A stretch of DNA of 32,000 bases, from assembly GCF_001457595.1 (NCBI RefSeq), contig NZ_LN831039.1, positions 3,840,001 to 3,872,000 on the forward strand, given 5' to 3'. This DNA is from Mycolicibacterium smegmatis. GTDB taxonomy: Bacteria > Actinomycetota > Actinomycetes > Mycobacteriales > Mycobacteriaceae. The notes beneath the pieces are model-generated. The model ran no database searches, was not told the DNA's origin, and saw nothing but the letters and a program-made list of their open reading frames with translations. The translations under genes were made by a program, and so were the position numbers. Positions 20,722 through 28,529 of this stretch are shown here, in pieces (within the stretch, counting starts at the first letter, position 1; each line of letters starts with the position of its first letter).

Positions 20722-21801
20722 TCATGACAAAGAATTGAGGCACGGCATGGCGAGGGCGGTGAAGTCGCCATCGTCGGCTGATCGGATGGTGGCCGGTTGA
20801 TCGGCGCCACGGAGGTCGAGCATCAAGTCGCTGCCCAGTGCGTGGCTGATCGCCGGGTACAACGTGGTCAGCTCGAACCAGACGGTCAGGTCGGGGCCGG
20901 ATGCGTTTCCGTCGAGTTCCACCGCGCAGTCAGGCAGCACCACGCTCGGCTGGCTGGCAGCTATTCGAAGGCCGATCCTCTCCGGAGCCTGTTGCTCCAG
21001 TGCCTTGAGCAGGTCTTTCTTCTCGACGGTGACGCGATGTGTCACAGCGGGGAGCGAACTGAACATGAGCTTGTAGTCAGGAAAGGCCTCAGTCAGCAGA
21101 CGACAGTGCGCGACGGTGCTGTCGACCATGCGCAGGCCCAGGGTCTGTTCGTTTGCTTCCAGCGTCACGACGGGGCTTCGTCTGAGCCGCGAGGCTACGG
21201 CCCGAAGATCGTCTCCGGCGAGCGTCCCCGCCCAGGATGTGGCAGAGGGTTGGCTGGGCACCAGCGTCCGCGTGGCCAAGCGGTAGCGATCGGTCGCGGT
21301 CAGCGAGATGGTATCGGGATTCGATTCCAGGCGTACACCATTCAGGATGGGTAAGTCGGCATTGTGCGTCGTGGTAGCCACGACCTGGTCGATCGCTGCT
21401 GCGAGGACCGGGCCCGAGAGCGTGCACAGATTGAGGTGAGCCGCTTCGCCAAGGGAGGCCTTGAGCGTCGCGGCAGCCCGTTGCATCCCGGCTGCCTCGG
21501 CGGCAACCTTGGCTACGTGATCGTCGATCATTTGCGCCGCCTCCTGAGTGCCGGCGGAGAAGAATCTGCCGATGGCGGGCAGCGACATCCCGATCTCGCG
21601 CAGCTGACGCAACTGCAAGGCGCGGTCCAGCTGCTCCTCGCTATAGAGCCGGTATCCCGTGATTCGGTCGACCTGCTCGGGATTAAGCAAACCTGCATCG
21701 TCGTAGAACCGCAAAGCGCTGGCGGTCAGTCCGGCGAGCTTGGCGAACGCACCGATCGACATCAACTCTGGGTTGGTCACCCGAACATCGTCAGGCCTCA
21801 A
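20722..21801 (-). CDS. MerR-family HTH protein fused to DNA polymerase III beta-clamp (DnaN)-like domains
   Basis: N-term MSIGAFAKLAGLTASALRFYDDAGLLNPEQVDRITGYRLYSEEQL (MerR HTH); C-term LPILNGVRLESNPDTISLTATDRYRLATRTL, LTEAFPDYKLMFSS, VTVEKKDLLKALE, PATIRSADDGDFTALAMP (matches clamp domains 2 and 3 layout). Confidence 0.88.
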   Translation of the reverse strand: MRPDDVRVTNPELMSIGAFAKLAGLTASALRFYDDAGLLNPEQVDRITGYRLYSEEQLDRALQLRQLREIGMSLPAIGRFFSAGTQEAAQMIDDHVAKVAAEAAGMQRAAATLKASLGEAAHLNLCTLSGPVLAAAIDQVVATTTHNADLPILNGVRLESNPDTISLTATDRYRLATRTLVPSQPSATSWAGTLAGDDLRAVASRLRRSPVVTLEANEQTLGLRMVDSTVAHCRLLTEAFPDYKLMFSSLPAVTHRVTVEKKDLLKALEQQAPERIGLRIAASQPSVVLPDCAVELDGNASGPDLTVWFELTTLYPAISHALGSDLMLDLRGADQPATIRSADDGDFTALAMPCLNSLS

Positions 21802-21962
21802 CCAGCTTGAATGTCAACCGCGACGCGATCCGTCAACAACGTCTTGCCCCGCAACAGCTAGGCTTGCCGCTCCCGCATTTATCGCGTGCTCCGGCACGTG
21901 CCCTCACTGTTTGCGCCGTCGAGCAGCGTGCCCCTCGAGAAACGGCCTGCAGCAACCTGATT

Positions 21963-22387
21963 GACGATTGCGACTCAACGGTCGGGCTCGCGGCCTGGTA
22001 CGTCGAGAAGTTCCGCTCCTGGACCGACAACCGCTGCGAGCCCGATGATGCGCTCACCAAGGACGAGATGATCACCGACATCATGGTCTACTGGCTGACC
22101 GGGACCGCGCACTCCGCCATGCGCTTCTACAGCGAGTCCCGTGAGCACCCGGTCCACCTCGCCGCCGGCCGGCGGAACACACCACCTACCGGCGTCGCCA
22201 ACCTGCCCGCAGAGATTCCGATGCCGCCACGCGAATGGTGGAGCGCGCGTTCACCGTCGTTCATTGGACGGAACTCCCCCGCGGCGGCCACTTCGCCGCC
22301 TGGGAGGTGCCCGACTCGCTCGCCGAGGACGTACGGGCGTTCTTCCGACCGCTCAGAGCGTTCGAGCCGGCACGGCCGCGATCTTGA
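21963..22387 (+). pseudogene. Epoxide hydrolase remnant (5' truncated and frameshifted)
   Basis: STVGLAAWYVEKFRSWTDN...LTKDEMITDIMVYWLTGTAHSAMRFYSESR...PPREW in one frame, then VERAFTVVHWTELPRGGHFAAWEVPDSLAEDVRAFFRPLR in another; break near 22237 (gaatggtggag, expected gaatgggtggag). Confidence 0.82.
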
Positions 22388-22474
22388 ATTCACCCACGTC
22401 GCATCCGTTCGTCATGTAACCCTGAGCGGGATGCGGTGCAGAGACGCACCAGCGAACACAACAGGACGGGCGCC

Positions 22475-23249
22475 GTGACCCAAGGTTCAGGACGACTTGC
22501 AGGAAAATCGGCGGTGATCACCGGCGCCGCGTTCGGCATCGGCCGGGCGAGCGCTGTGCTCTTCGCGCGCGAGGGCGCGCGGTTGACGGTGACCGACATC
22601 CAAGGCGAGCCACTGCTGACGTTCGCCGACCAACTGCGCGACACCGGGGCCGGAGGTCGAGGCGATCATCGGCGACGTCTCGGTCGAGGACGATGCGCGC
22701 CGGATGATCGCGGCGGCAACTGAGCGTTTCGGCCGCCTCGATGTGCTGGTGGCCAACGCCGGCATCATCCCACTCGGCGACGCGCAGGAGGTGACGACCG
22801 CCGACTGGGACGACGTGATGGCCATCGACGGGCGCGGCATGTTCCTCACGTGCAAGTTCGGGATCGAGGCGATGTTGGCGACCGGCGGCGGCGCCATCGT
22901 CTGCTTGTCCTCGATCTCCGGTCTGGCCGGGCAGAAGCGGCAGGCGGCTTACGGGCCTGCCAAATTCATCGCCACCGGGTTGGCAAAACACCTCGCGGTC
23001 GAGTGGGCCGACCGGGGCATCAGGGTCAACGCCGTCGCCCCGGGCACGATTCGAACCGAGCGGGTCAGGCAGATGCAGGAAGAGCCGGGCGGCGCGGAAT
23101 ACCTGGCGACGGTCGAGGCCATGCACCCGATGGGTCGCGTCGGTGAGCCTGACGAAGTCGCCAGCGCCATCGCCTTTCTCGCGTCCGACGACGCGTCCTT
23201 CATCACCGGCGCCGTGCTGCCCGTCGACGGGGGTTACCTGGCGCAGTAG
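22475..23249 (+). pseudogene. Short-chain dehydrogenase/reductase with frameshift
   Basis: RLAGKSAVITGAAFGIGRASAVLFAREGARLTVTDIQGEPLLTFADQLRDTGA (frame 2) continues in another frame as EVEAIIGDVSVEDDARRMIAAATERFGRLDVLVANAGII...YGPAKFIATGLAKHLAVEWADRGIRVNAVAPGTI. Break near 22650. Confidence 0.85.
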
Positions 23250-23321
23250 CGTCACTCGCAATTCGGGGGCACGGTCGGCGGTGCCACGGGTGACACTTGA
23301 TCACATGAGCGAGCAGTTGCA

Positions 23322-23362
23322 GAGATATCCAGAGATATCCATTGCCCCTCAACGAGATATCC
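23322..23362 (+). repeat. Three copies of GAGATATCC upstream of DUF1232 gene
   Basis: gagatatcc at 23322-23330, 23332-23340 and 23354-23362. Confidence 0.8.
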
Positions 23363-23412
23363 CGGATGAGTCGATACGATGTCCACATGCTCCGCATCGT
23401 TGAACTCGGCTG

Positions 23413-23850
23413 ATGACACACCTCTGGGGCACACTCATCGGGGTCGCGGTCGGCCTGCTCATCGTGTGGGCAGCGCTGCTGATCGCACTGGCCCTGGCAC
23501 GCCCCAAGGACCTCAGCGTCACCGATGCACTGCGATTGCTGCCCGACACAGTGGTTTTGATGCGACGCCTGGCCGCCGATCCGCAACAGCCCCGCGGTGT
23601 CCGGGTCCGTCTGCTCCTGCTGCTGGTCTACCTGATCCTGCCGATCGACCTCGTGCCCGATTTCATCCCTTTTCTCGGCTACGCGGATGACGCCATCGTC
23701 GTTGCAGTCGCGCTGCGCTCGGTCGCCCGGCGCGCGGGGTACGGCGCCCTCGACAAGCACTGGCCGGGCACCCCGGAAGGACTCGAATCCGTTCGCCGTC
23801 TCGCCGGCATCCCGAGTCCACCCGAACCCGGAGAATCTCCGGAACAATAG
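23413..23850 (+). CDS. YkvA/DUF1232 family membrane protein
   Basis: LLLLLVYLILPIDLVPDFIPFLGYADDAIVVAVALRSVARRA is the DUF1232 signature. Confidence 0.88.
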   Translation: MTHLWGTLIGVAVGLLIVWAALLIALALARPKDLSVTDALRLLPDTVVLMRRLAADPQQPRGVRVRLLLLLVYLILPIDLVPDFIPFLGYADDAIVVAVALRSVARRAGYGALDKHWPGTPEGLESVRRLAGIPSPPEPGESPEQ

Positions 23851-23884
23851 CTCGCGCCCAGTTCATTTCGGGCCGGCCGCTCAG

Positions 23885-25054
23885 CTAGTCGTCGTCGGCG
23901 GCGCCAGGGACGGCCGGTGCCTCGATACCCGGATGTTGTGCGCCGTCGTTGGCGCCCGAGGCGTCGTCGTCGCCGGCAATGAGCCCGAACACCGAGAAAC
24001 TCACGATCCAGTAGGCGACGTACCCCACCAGCAGCACCACTCCGTGCCAGCGGCGCAGGTGTCCGGTGAACAGCGCGTACGCCGCGAATCCGTTGATCAC
24101 GATGAGCGCAGGCAGATGCCAGCTGAAGACCTCCGGGGTGATCAACAGCGCACCGCCCAGCAGGGCGATGATGCCGACCTTCGCGGTCACCGAGAACACC
24201 ACACTGCCGATGACGTTGCCGACCCCGATCGCGGGCGCACCCCGCCGGAAGGGCTCGACGGTCAGGAAGATGTCCTCCAGGGACAGCACCAGTGTCGCGA
24301 TCGTCGCGCCGAAGACCGTGCCACCGATCGCGTATTCGTCGACGATGCCCTCGGTGCCCTCGGCCATGACCCAGGCACCGAGCACGACGCCGACCAACGC
24401 GACAAGCGCGAGCAGCAGCAACGCCCACCCAGGACGCTTGTTCGCCTTCGCCTTCGCCACATCACCGGTCTCGTAGAGACTGCCGCCGCCGCCCGGCCGA
24501 CCACCACCACCGGAGTTCCTGGCGCCGCTGCCGACGAGTTCGCGACTGTGCGCCACTTCCACGGCGTTCTCGGCTTCCACCACCTCCAGCACCTCCGCAC
24601 TGCGGAAGGTCGGCACGGCCCGCCGGGACTCGCGGTAGGCGATGTAGGCGATGAACACCACGAACAACGCGATGAGCACCACCCCGGTCACCCGGCTCAA
24701 CCCGCCGAGCAAAGCAGGCACGATCAACACGAGAGGTGCGATGGCGAACAGCGCGATGTAGTCCTTCGGGATCTCCACCGGCCTGGGCGCGAGGATGGCG
24801 GCCAGCGCGAGCACCAGGCCGGTCAGCGAGACGACGGTTCCGAAGATGACTCCGAGCGCGATGTCTTCGCTGCCCTCCAGGTTGAGCACCACGCCGAAGG
24901 CCAGATCGTCGAATTCGATGCCCGTGAACAGGATTGCGAGCAGAAAGAGCGATATCGCCAGGCCGCGCGCCGCTCCGACCAGATAGGTGATGAGTTTCTC
25001 GGCGCTGTAGATCAACAGGGCCGCACCGACGGTGAAGGCAATGATCGACGTCAT
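23885..25054 (-). CDS. CaCA-superfamily sodium/calcium (cation) exchanger-like membrane protein
   Basis: Two internally related membrane halves, GIEFDDLAFGVVLNLEGSEDIALGVIFGTVVS and GATIATLVLSLEDIFLTVEPFRRGAPAIGVGNVIGSVVFSVT; central Gly-rich hydrophilic loop. ATG at 25054 (MTSIIAFTVGAALLIYSAEKL). Confidence 0.82.
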   Translation of the reverse strand: MTSIIAFTVGAALLIYSAEKLITYLVGAARGLAISLFLLAILFTGIEFDDLAFGVVLNLEGSEDIALGVIFGTVVSLTGLVLALAAILAPRPVEIPKDYIALFAIAPLVLIVPALLGGLSRVTGVVLIALFVVFIAYIAYRESRRAVPTFRSAEVLEVVEAENAVEVAHSRELVGSGARNSGGGGRPGGGGSLYETGDVAKAKANKRPGWALLLLALVALVGVVLGAWVMAEGTEGIVDEYAIGGTVFGATIATLVLSLEDIFLTVEPFRRGAPAIGVGNVIGSVVFSVTAKVGIIALLGGALLITPEVFSWHLPALIVINGFAAYALFTGHLRRWHGVVLLVGYVAYWIVSFSVFGLIAGDDDASGANDGAQHPGIEAPAVPGAADDD

Positions 25055-25065
25055 CGGCAAACCTC

Positions 25066-25272
25066 TCAGTGTTGGTGTACTTCGCAGGCGCAGTACATGT
25101 TTCGACACGTGTAGCAGGCAGGCATGCCCTGGCAGCGCGGGCAGACGTCGCAGCTGACCGGCTCGGTGTGCCGGTGGGCATCCACGGAGTTGTACGATTC
25201 GCCGCAGTGGTAGCACGGCGGACGCCCGCTGTTGTCGTCCAATTCGCGAAGCTGATCGGTGGCCGAGTTCAC
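25066..25272 (-). CDS. 68-aa cysteine-rich protein with CxxC motifs, translationally overlapping pqqE
   Basis: GTG at 25272 overlaps the pqqE stop (25269-25271). Product VNSATDQLRELDDNSGRPPCYHCGESYNSVDAHRHTEPVSCDVCPRCQGMPACYTCRNMYCACEVHQH (9 Cys). Present in the track only as the tail of the over-extended ORF 25066..25569. Confidence 0.72.
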   Translation of the reverse strand: MNSATDQLRELDDNSGRPPCYHCGESYNSVDAHRHTEPVSCDVCPRCQGMPACYTCRNMYCACEVHQH

Positions 25273-26399
25273 CGTCGTACCTGCAGGGGCAGCTGCGTCC
25301 GGGTGCGTCCGGGATTCGGTCGGGGAATCATCACACCGTCGTGCGGCAGCGTCGGGTCGTTGGCTGCCGCCACCGCCGTCTCGACCAGCCCGTGATCCGG
25401 GGAGAGATGACAGACGGGGTCGGTGCGGGCAGCGTCGCCGGTGAGCGCGAAAGCCTGGCAACGACAACCGCCGAAGTCGATCTCGCGACGGTCGCAGGTG
25501 CGGCACGGGTCGGGCATCCAGTCGTCGCCGCGGAACTGCCGGAAGAGTGGCGACTGCATCCAGATCCACTCCAGTGAATGCCTACGTACGTTGGTACCGG
25601 GCAGGCTCAGGCCGCGCGCCAACTCGTGGGCCGCTGGGCACGGCAGGGCTTCGCCGTTCGGCACCACGGTGAACTGGCGGCGTGCCCAGCCGGCCATGCA
25701 GGGTTTGGGATACTTCTCGTAGTAGTCGGGGATGACGTAGATGATCTCCATCCGGTTCCCGAGCCGGCCTCGAGCCGCCCGCACCACCGTCTGCGCGCGC
25801 TCCAATTGGTCTCTGCTGGGCAGCAATTCGGCGCGGTTGCGCCCCGCCCAGCCGTAGTACTGCGTGTTGGCCAGCTCGATCCGGTCGGCCTCCATCACGG
25901 CTGCCATGTCGAGGATGGCGCCGATCCGATCGATGTTCTGCCGGTGCAGCACCACGTTCAGCGTGAGCGGCCAACCCAGCTTCTTCACCAGCCGCGCGAC
26001 GTCGTGTTTGCGCTCGAACGAGGCGGTGCCGGCTATCCGGTCGGACACCTCTGGCTGATCGGCCTGAATGCTGACCTGGACATGGTCGAGCCCCGCGTCG
26101 CGCAGCTGCTCGGCGCGACGGGTCGAGAAGCCGAGCCCGCTGGTGATCAGATTGGTGTACATGCCGAGCCCGTTGGCACACCGCACGAGGTCGACGATGT
26201 CGTGGCGCTGCATGGGCTCGCCGCCCGAAAGGTGTACCTGAAGTACGCCCAGCTCGGCGGCCTCGGCGAACACCCTTTGCCATTCCACGGTGGACAGCTC
26301 GTCGCGATAGTTCTGCAGCGCAACGGGATTGGAGCAGTAGGGGCAGTGCAGCGGACAGGCATAGGTGAGCTCGGCGAGCAACGCATACGGCCTATCCAT
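25269..26399 (-). CDS. pqqE: PqqE, radical SAM enzyme of PQQ biosynthesis
   Basis: LLAELTYACPLHCPYCSNP (CxxxCxxC), LGVLQVHLSGGEPMQRHDI, C-terminal SPASM-like cysteines PCRTCDRREIDFGGCRCQAF; gene order. ATG at 26399 ([13 protein letters not shown]). Confidence 0.96.
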   Translation of the reverse strand: MDRPYALLAELTYACPLHCPYCSNPVALQNYRDELSTVEWQRVFAEAAELGVLQVHLSGGEPMQRHDIVDLVRCANGLGMYTNLITSGLGFSTRRAEQLRDAGLDHVQVSIQADQPEVSDRIAGTASFERKHDVARLVKKLGWPLTLNVVLHRQNIDRIGAILDMAAVMEADRIELANTQYYGWAGRNRAELLPSRDQLERAQTVVRAARGRLGNRMEIIYVIPDYYEKYPKPCMAGWARRQFTVVPNGEALPCPAAHELARGLSLPGTNVRRHSLEWIWMQSPLFRQFRGDDWMPDPCRTCDRREIDFGGCRCQAFALTGDAARTDPVCHLSPDHGLVETAVAAANDPTLPHDGVMIPRPNPGRTRTQLPLQVRR

Positions 26400-26670
26400 G
26401 ATCGATCTCCATCCCGTGTTTGGCGACGAGGTCGGCGACGAAGCGTCGGACGTCGCCCTCGGCGATCTCGTCGTAGCGACTGCCGAGCTCGACCTGGATC
26501 TCCGCGATGGTCCGCCGGGCGTCACACAGCTCCACGATCGCCACGCCGGTGTCGTTGAGCACCCAGATCGTCTCCGGCGAGAGCAGGGCGTACTGCCCGC
26601 GCGCGGCGTCGAACCTCATCCGGACGTGGGGAGCCAGCCGCGGCCGGGCGGCGTCGTCAGCGATTTCCAT
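26392..26670 (-). CDS. pqqD: PqqD, PQQ peptide chaperone
   Basis: [49 protein letters not shown]; overlaps pqqE and pqqC; start ATG at 26670. Confidence 0.94.
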   Translation of the reverse strand: MEIADDAARPRLAPHVRMRFDAARGQYALLSPETIWVLNDTGVAIVELCDARRTIAEIQVELGSRYDEIAEGDVRRFVADLVAKHGMEIDHG

Positions 26671-27373
26671 AAGCCTGGTCGATCGCATCGAGCATGCTCC
26701 ACAGCACGTCGCACTTGAAGGACAAGGCCGACAGCGCGGCCGTCTGGGTTTCCTGCGTGACGCAATGCCGTCGCACCACCTCAAGACCGTGTTCGGAGTC
26801 GCGGGGCGCCTGGGTGATGCGAGATCTGAAGTAAGAGAGTTCTTTCGGGTCGATCCAGGTGTAGTGACGTTCGAACGCCGCGAGCCGCTCGGCCATCAGG
26901 TCGGGTGCGAACAGCTCGGTCAGCGACGAGGCCACCGCCTCCAGCCATGGCCGGGTGCGGGTGAAGTTCACGTAGGCGTCGACGGCGAAGCGCACGCCCG
27001 GCAGCAGGTGTCGTGCGTCTTCGACCTCCGCCCTGGTCAAACCGACCGCTTCGGCCAGTCGCAGCCACGCCTCGATTCCCCCGGTTCCTTCGGTCGTGCC
27101 GTCGTGGTCGATGATTCGCTGGACCCAACGGCGCCGTATCTCACGGTCCGGGCAGGTGCTGAGGATCGCTGCGTCTTTCCGGGGGATGTTCACCTGGTAG
27201 TAGAAGCGGTTGGCCACCCACCCGCGGATCTCCTCGGGGCTGCACTGCCCGGTGTTCATCCGACGGTGGAAGGGATGCAGGTGGTGGTAATCCTTGACGT
27301 GCTCGCGAAGCGCTTCCTCGAACTCGTCGGGCGTCAGTGCCTGGGTTACTGCTCCTCGCGCCAGCGGTGCCAT
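26657..27373 (-). CDS. pqqC: PqqC, pyrroloquinoline-quinone synthase
   Basis: [90 protein letters not shown]. Confidence 0.97.
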   Translation of the reverse strand: MAPLARGAVTQALTPDEFEEALREHVKDYHHLHPFHRRMNTGQCSPEEIRGWVANRFYYQVNIPRKDAAILSTCPDREIRRRWVQRIIDHDGTTEGTGGIEAWLRLAEAVGLTRAEVEDARHLLPGVRFAVDAYVNFTRTRPWLEAVASSLTELFAPDLMAERLAAFERHYTWIDPKELSYFRSRITQAPRDSEHGLEVVRRHCVTQETQTAALSALSFKCDVLWSMLDAIDQAYGNR

Positions 27374-27382
27374 GGTTGCTCC

Positions 27383-28285
27383 TCAGATCTCCAGCTCGAG
27401 CCCGTCAGCGGCGACCTCGATGCCGTGGCGGTCGAGAATCCGCCGCTCCGGGGAGTCCTCGAGCAGGACGGGGTTGGTGTTGTTGATGTGGATGTAGACC
27501 TTGCGGTCGATCGGCAGCGATGCCAGCAGCTCGAGGCTGCCGCCGGCACCGGCGATCGGGACATGTCCCATCTCGCGTGATGTCTTGCCTGCCAGGCCGA
27601 GCCGGGGCATCTCGTCGTCGCGCCAGCAGGTGCCGTCGATCAGCAGGCCCGAGCAGTCGGCCAGTTCCTCGAGGACCTCCGGGGTCAGCCGTTGCACGCA
27701 CGGCAGGTACACCAGGCTGCGGCCACTACCTGCGTCGGTGAGTCGGTAGCCCACCACCCGGCCATGTGTCGCGGCTCCCGGGAATCGCATGGACTTGTCG
27801 GTGGGTACGTCGAACGCGCGGTACGACAACCCGTGTGATCCGTCGTCGAGCGGGACCTCGACCCCGGGCACCACCGGCTGCCACTTGACCGGGCAGTACG
27901 CCTCCAGTGTCCTGAGTACCCCGGTCCCTGTGGTGAGGGTTTCGTGCACCGACTCGGTCGCGTGGACTTCGAGACCACGCCCTTCCCGCATCAGCAGCAG
28001 TCCGAGGGTGTGGTCGAGTTCGGCGTCGGTGAGCAGCACAGCCTGAAGCCGGACCACTCTGCCTTCGTCGGGGTGCAGATCCGGGAAAGCCTCGATCTGG
28101 GATTGGATGTCCGGCGAGGCGTTGAACAAAAACCACTGTTTCCGATCAGCACTCACCGCGATCGACGACTGTGAGCGTGCCACGCAGGGTCGTGCGCCGG
28201 TCCGCACCGCACGGCACTGGGGACACCCGCAGTTCCACTGCGGAAACCCGCCGCCCGCTGCCGATCCGAGCACCCTCACCCACAC
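27383..28285 (-). CDS. pqqB: PqqB
   Basis: VRVLGSAAGGGFPQWNCGCPQCRAVRTG, SQSSIAVSADRKQWFLFNASPDIQSQI, LLTDAELDHTLGLLLMREG. Confidence 0.97.
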   Translation of the reverse strand: MWVRVLGSAAGGGFPQWNCGCPQCRAVRTGARPCVARSQSSIAVSADRKQWFLFNASPDIQSQIEAFPDLHPDEGRVVRLQAVLLTDAELDHTLGLLLMREGRGLEVHATESVHETLTTGTGVLRTLEAYCPVKWQPVVPGVEVPLDDGSHGLSYRAFDVPTDKSMRFPGAATHGRVVGYRLTDAGSGRSLVYLPCVQRLTPEVLEELADCSGLLIDGTCWRDDEMPRLGLAGKTSREMGHVPIAGAGGSLELLASLPIDRKVYIHINNTNPVLLEDSPERRILDRHGIEVAADGLELEI

Positions 28286-28318
28286 AAGCGATCACTTCCT
28301 TCGTAGGAATACACGGCG

Positions 28319-28352
28319 GGGCGCCGGGCCGACCCGACCCGGCCCGACGCCC
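28319..28352 (-). promoter_or_regulatory. GC-rich stem-loop in the pqqA-pqqB intercistronic gap
   Basis: Arms 28319-28330 (gggcgccgggcc) and 28341-28352 (ggcccgacgccc), 11/12 complementary, 10-nt loop; no T-run. Confidence 0.55.
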
Positions 28353-28366
28353 TCGCGGTGAGGCGA

Positions 28367-28480
28367 CTAGTCGTCGCCGTCCAGGACGGCCACGTATGCG
28401 GTCACCTCGGCGGAAACCCGGATCTCGGCGAACGTGGGACGCTCCCACTTCTGCAGGGCGCCTGCGGACTTCTTCTCCAT
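28367..28480 (-). CDS. pqqA: PqqA precursor peptide, 37 aa
   Basis: Absent from the ORF track. Reverse-strand reading gives MEKKSAGALQKWERPTFAEIRVSAEVTAYVAVLDGDD* with the E-x3-Y pair (EVTAY) that is the PQQ backbone; SD-like ggaagag upstream; located between pqqB and the dehydrogenase. Confidence 0.95.
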   Translation of the reverse strand: MEKKSAGALQKWERPTFAEIRVSAEVTAYVAVLDGDD

Positions 28481-28529
28481 GCTGTTCTCTCTTCCTTCTC
28501 TCGGGTTATGCGGATGCGTGGCGGACAGT

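Noticed and set aside
21765-21825. Classical MerR-type spaced promoter (ttgacattcaagctggttgagg) in front of the MerR-clamp gene
   Set aside because: Only a 4-bp TCAA/TTGA dyad was found; too weak to call an operator without promoter mapping.
23687-27580. Plus-strand ORFs 23687..25114, 25578..26558 and 26507..27580
   Set aside because: Antisense to the exchanger and pqqC/D/E genes; no coherent domains.
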